From positions 2,170,001-2,234,000 of the forward strand of contig OZ361257.1 in NCBI GenBank assembly GCA_977018835.1: DNA of 64,000 bases, in the 5' to 3' direction. Position 1 is the first letter of the stretch; the number at the start of each line of letters is the position of its first letter. Below, one piece after another: positions 59,476-64,000 of the stretch. Origin of the DNA: Minutocellus sp. GHC0000111 (lineage: Eukaryota). Both the position numbers and the translations under genes were made by a program. The notes under the pieces are model-generated. The model did not search any database, was not told where the DNA came from, and saw only the letters and a list, made by a program, of their open reading frames with translations.

Positions 59476-60599
59476 GTTGGTGTAACGTCAGTTATTGTAT
59501 TTTAATACCGCAGCGTTGGTGCGTAGGTGCTATTGCTGACTGCATGCACTGCTGGACTGGCACTTGCGTCTTGCGTGTGGCGTTCGTGGTTTCGTGGTGC
59601 TGTGGCCGATCGTGGCGTGTGGCCGTGACTCACTCATCGTCGTTGCGTACGCTACGTACGGTAGCAACAGATGGGCGATGAAGCTCAACTGATCAACTGA
59701 TAGGATCCCTACCATGGTACCACCTCATCTATGTATCTCATCGTGGAAGACTTCACGCAGGGCTTTGTGTCTGTACTACCAGGTAAATCCTGTTTCATTT
59801 TTCTTGAAGTTGATCATCATTACAAGGAGTTCACATACATGCAGAGCTCTGTAAACACAACGAGGGTGAGTTAGTTGTTCAGTTCTTTTTGCACAGCGCC
59901 CCCTTTGGTTAGAGAGCTTGAGAATGTCTTCCGAAAGGCCGAAGCGGTGCTGGTGCTGTCTTGTAAGTCGAGAGCCCAAATTGGGTTGGAGTCCAATTTC
60001 GGTTGGTACATCCAGAGGAAAAGTAATCCCTTCTCGTTTTGAACGCATTCAGCCGACGAGTAGGATCGCAAAGAATACATGTAGATCTGCGTTGGCCTAG
60101 CAATATAAAGTCGACTTTACTACTAATGCAATTGAAATGTCATTCCGTTTGTTCTCCCTCTTTCGACAACGCCAGAATTTAGCTTCGTGCGCTTCGCTGA
60201 CTCCTCACGCCCACACAGCGTGAAAGAGGTCCGCCACGAAGATCGCTGCTCCTCGCTCGAGTTACCGCTGATAGAGGCACTGGTACTTCAAAGGCTTACT
60301 ACATGTAGGAGCGAAGATAACTCTTGCTACACACGACCCCCGCAATTTGACAGTAGATCAACAGTATTCTGGATCCCTTATTGTGATTGCTCTTCTCAGT
60401 GCACTTTTTATTCAGGTTTCAACAGCATACAAACTGCTTTCCACGCTCCCGACTGCACTGCCTCCTGGCGGGCGTTTATTCTCCCCGAAATAGTAACAAG
60501 TACCCATGGTCTCATCCTGCTCTAGGATGCCCTCTCCTTTTTCTGAAGATAATAGGATCTATTGCTGTCGGTGCTATTTTAGCGGCATCTCTTTATAGT

Positions 60600-62841
60600 C
60601 TAAGCCTCGGCGGCAGCAACCGCTTCCACTTGAACTTCTGCTGCGAGTTGACCAACTCCCTTATCAAGATTATACCAGGCAGTTGGATACTCGCGAGCAA
60701 AGAAGGGAAAATGGATGTGGCTGTAGGACTTCATGCACATCTTCTTGTCTTCTGGCACAAAATAATAACTCTCCATGGTTCCATCCGCAGATCCCTCAAG
60801 GTGGTGCTTATCGATGTAGTAACCTCGCATCCTATTGATCCAACCGGTAAAGGTGCTGTGGAATGTACCGTAGAATATTCTGCCCTTGGACGCTATTAAT
60901 TGATCCAACATACCGAAATTATTGGGATTCATGCCCTCGAATAGATGCATTACATCGTCCAAGAAGATTAAATCGTAATGATCTCTTAATGGCTGGAAGA
61001 AGGCCTTGTCTCTCTCATCTGTCGCCACGAAAACAGTGGCATTCTCTGTTAGCTCCTTCATACTCTCTTTGTAAAGCACATCGGCATCTACACGAGTGCG
61101 CTTGTACTGGAAGTCACCCCTTCGAATATGTACTGAGTCAAACAAACCATCCGGGTTGCCCTTGGGATCTCTTGCCCTTGCTCGATCTCGGATAAAGTTG
61201 ACGGCCCTGGCTGCCGCACATTGCATTTCATCTTTATACCGAAGATGGTCTCGGATGAAGCGCTTGGTCCACAGGTCTTGCAGCGCACTCTCAAAATAGA
61301 GAAAGGCATAGAAATGCACCAAGAGTCTCACTCGCATCTTATGGTAGCACATAAAATGGATGACGGGAGCCTCCTGCATTTCTTCGTCGTATATGCAAAG
61401 ATCCCTCCCGAGCAAATTTTGTTGCATCCGATCTTGCGCCGAGCCCAGGACATCGGGGGCGCTCTGATCCTGTTCTTCCAGTCCCTTCCGACCATGCTCG
61501 GCCATGATATTGGCGCGCATCTTGTGCAAATTTTCAATCTCGGTTGGTCCAGGCGCCGAAGGAAATGCCGCCAAACATTTGTCCGGCTTCCACAGAGGCG
61601 TCAGCGTTACCTCTCGGAGGTATTCCTTCAGACTGGTAATCTCGTCCTTGCTTCCTCCATCCCAATTGGTGCGATTCCCCGGGGGATACAAGACAATGCC
61701 CGTCGTTCGATTCTTCAAATTGCCCGACATTGCTTCGCGTTCCAAGAACTCCTCCATGGAGATAATGTCGAGGCCCTTGTGTTCATCGCTTAGGCTCTCA
61801 AGATGGTAGAAATCTCCAAAGCCAAAATGTTTCTTATGTTCCTTGTCACCCTTGCCCAGAAGATACATTCGCTGCTCCGGTGGCATTACCAGTGTCCGGC
61901 CCGTGGCGTGGGCCAGAGCGACGACTGTTTCCATTGCCATTCGAATATTATTCCAGCCTCCTGTAGAATGAATAGAGAGAAAGTCGAGTGCTTATTTATT
62001 TGAGCAAAAATGCAAGGAGACTATGAAACGAGCGAGCACATTGCAAGCATCACGGTGGAATTGTCCATGTATGAAAATTGCAGCAAACGCCAACAAAAAA
62101 CTCACCACCATCGGGTTCGAACGTCATGTATTTGGTCTCCCCCTCCTTCTTGAAGTGGCTCACAAATTGACTGTCGCTGGGAATGTCGCTCCAGTAGACC
62201 ATTTCGGCTGCTACTTCGTCGGATGGTCCACCGTGCTTGGCACAAGACAGACCTCCGAGTGTATGGCCATCTCCGATATGATTGGATGTGGTCTCTCTTT
62301 CATCCTTGGTATTTACATCATCTCCCACTTCCACTCGACGGTCACCACCCTTGTTCAGCCACGGTTTCATACCATTATCTTCGTCATCTCCGTGCCACAC
62401 ATGTCCCAAATGATTCTCCAGCTGATGGACCTCCGTCTCCAGGACGTCCATGGCCGTGTTGAAATGTTTGGCCAAAAAATTTTCGGCCGCCCGCACCGAT
62501 ACCTGCGCCGCTCCGCCGCCGGTAATGGTGTGGTGGGCAACGTTCAGCCCGATCGTGGCCGTCAGCGTTATGACCAGCAGGAGAATGTACGTGCCGTTGC
62601 GCCGCTGGCTCCGCTCTCGGGAGGAACGTCCTGCTGCACCACGCCCACCACGATTGCCACTGCCGGCATTGCCTCCGGCGGAGGCGGAGGACATGGATCG
62701 GGAGGGAGGCAGCCCCCCCGCCGCTGCTACCGCCGCTCGTTTTTGTTCCATTTCCCTCTTTCGTCGCTCGGCCTCCTCCAGCCTTTGCAGGTGGGCCGAG
62801 GCCCCGTTGCCGTTGCTGGTACCGTTGCTTGCCGGCCCCAT
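60600..62841 (-). CDS. GDP-fucose protein O-fucosyltransferase-like protein; intron 61961-62105
   Basis: FEPDGGGWNNIRMAME, GRTLVMPP, HIRRGDFQ, VATDE and STFTGWINRMRGY motifs; type II TM. Confidence 0.9.
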
Positions 62842-63282
62842 CGTTGCCACTGAAGTAATTTTCAAGTGCAAGTAAATGACTGAGCCAAAACGAAACGGAC
62901 AAAAGATGTGTTTTGAGAGGGGCGTTTGGCTTCGGATACATCACGATGACGATCATTTTTCATATTGAAGAAACCCGGAGGTGAAAAATTGTGTGAGGCG
63001 TCTGGGAAAGAAAAGACCGCCCAGAACGCTCCAGACGCCATTTGCATCCGAAAGAGCGGAAGAAGCCCAGGCAGATTGACCATAGGCGCTTCATTCATTC
63101 ATCGTGGGCCACGCATCTTTCTCGCGAAGCGAAGACCAACCATAATATTTTACCGACCTCCAAGAGTCATTCATCGCCTTGTCTCATTATCCAGTCTCTA
63201 AGAGCTTGAACACAAACAGTTCATTTCCACTGCGACACAACACACAATAAGCGAGCCATATCACCATTTACCATACCATAGC

Positions 63283-64000
63283 ATGATGATCTCACACAAA
63301 ATTAACTCTCCCATGGGAAGCAACGACCTTGTCAAGCTGGTCGACAACGAGCAATGGGAGCTCGCGATCCAGCAGAGCAACAGCAACCGTCATCTAGCCG
63401 AGGCTTGGAGTGCACGTCCGGGCTTCTTCGAGGGCATCAAGACCAGCGACGTATTGCCCATTCACATTGCTTGCGCGCGTCGTCCGACCGTGGAGGTCAT
63501 CGACGCCCTGTACGAGGCCAACAGGATGAGTCTTCGGCAGAAGGAGTCGGCCTACCGCCGCATCCCCCTGCACATTGCCTGCCGATCCGATGCTTCTCCT
63601 GACGTCGTCAAGAGGTTGCTCAAGTACTATCCCGAGGGAGCCGCAGCCGACGACTCATTGGGCAGATTGCCCATCCATTACCGACTTAGCAACGGAGCCG
63701 ACGACGAGACTATCGATGCCCTTCTCAAGTCCTGTCCCGGAAGTGCGCGGGCGTTTGATCGACGGGGATGGCTCCCTTTGCACGTGGCGGCCAGTGTCGG
63801 CGCCAGTCCGCACGTCATTCAGAATCTCGTCGAGGCCTACCCCGATGCCGTCCTCTTGGCCACCAACAAGGGCAGCACTCCCCGCCGATGCCTCAACATG
63901 GCACCGCACAGCCCCCACAGGGACGCCAACACCGCCTTCCTGCAAAAGATGGAGGTGGAAGAGCGATCCAAATTGGGCCGGAAGGCCGCCAAGCCGAACC
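63283..64000 (+). CDS. Ankyrin-repeat protein, runs off the window end
   Basis: LPIHIAC, IPLHIAC, GRLPIHY and GWLPLHVAA repeats in an open frame. Confidence 0.85.
   Translation, partial: MMISHKINSPMGSNDLVKLVDNEQWELAIQQSNSNRHLAEAWSARPGFFEGIKTSDVLPIHIACARRPTVEVIDALYEANRMSLRQKESAYRRIPLHIACRSDASPDVVKRLLKYYPEGAAADDSLGRLPIHYRLSNGADDETIDALLKSCPGSARAFDRRGWLPLHVAASVGASPHVIQNLVEAYPDAVLLATNKGSTPRRCLNMAPHSPHRDANTAFLQKMEVEERSKLGRKAAKPN

Noticed and set aside
59530..60590. 1-kb gap with short ORFs
   Set aside because: No recognisable domain, terminal repeats or consistent frame

Overview
Gene-dense eukaryotic nuclear DNA, most likely a diatom. Evidence: short GT-AG introns, bipartite-like plastid presequences, and ShKT-P4H, diatom-style RING and ankyrin families. 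About 33 protein genes or fragments are supported, including IleRS, uS8/RPS15A, eL33/RPL35a, SKP1, a VAMP7-like R-SNARE, SDHAF2, a phosducin-like protein, an AlkB homologue, two MFS transporters, three glycosyltransferases, and TPR, IQ and CIA30 proteins. The standout is a head-to-head pair about 300 bp apart (7871-11372). One gene is a CYP74-clan-like P450 with the diagnostic 9-residue heme-loop insertion. The other is a protein of three tandem allene oxide cyclase (AOC)-like barrels. Both end in GPI-anchor-like tails, suggesting a cell-surface AOS/AOC-type oxylipin module. Also present: a ~2.15 kb TIR element with CAC...GTG ends, a local duplication, a probable CENP-P, and many frameshifts or stops, which could reflect assembly error or a decaying haplotype. 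All family calls come from motif recognition by eye; no searches were run.
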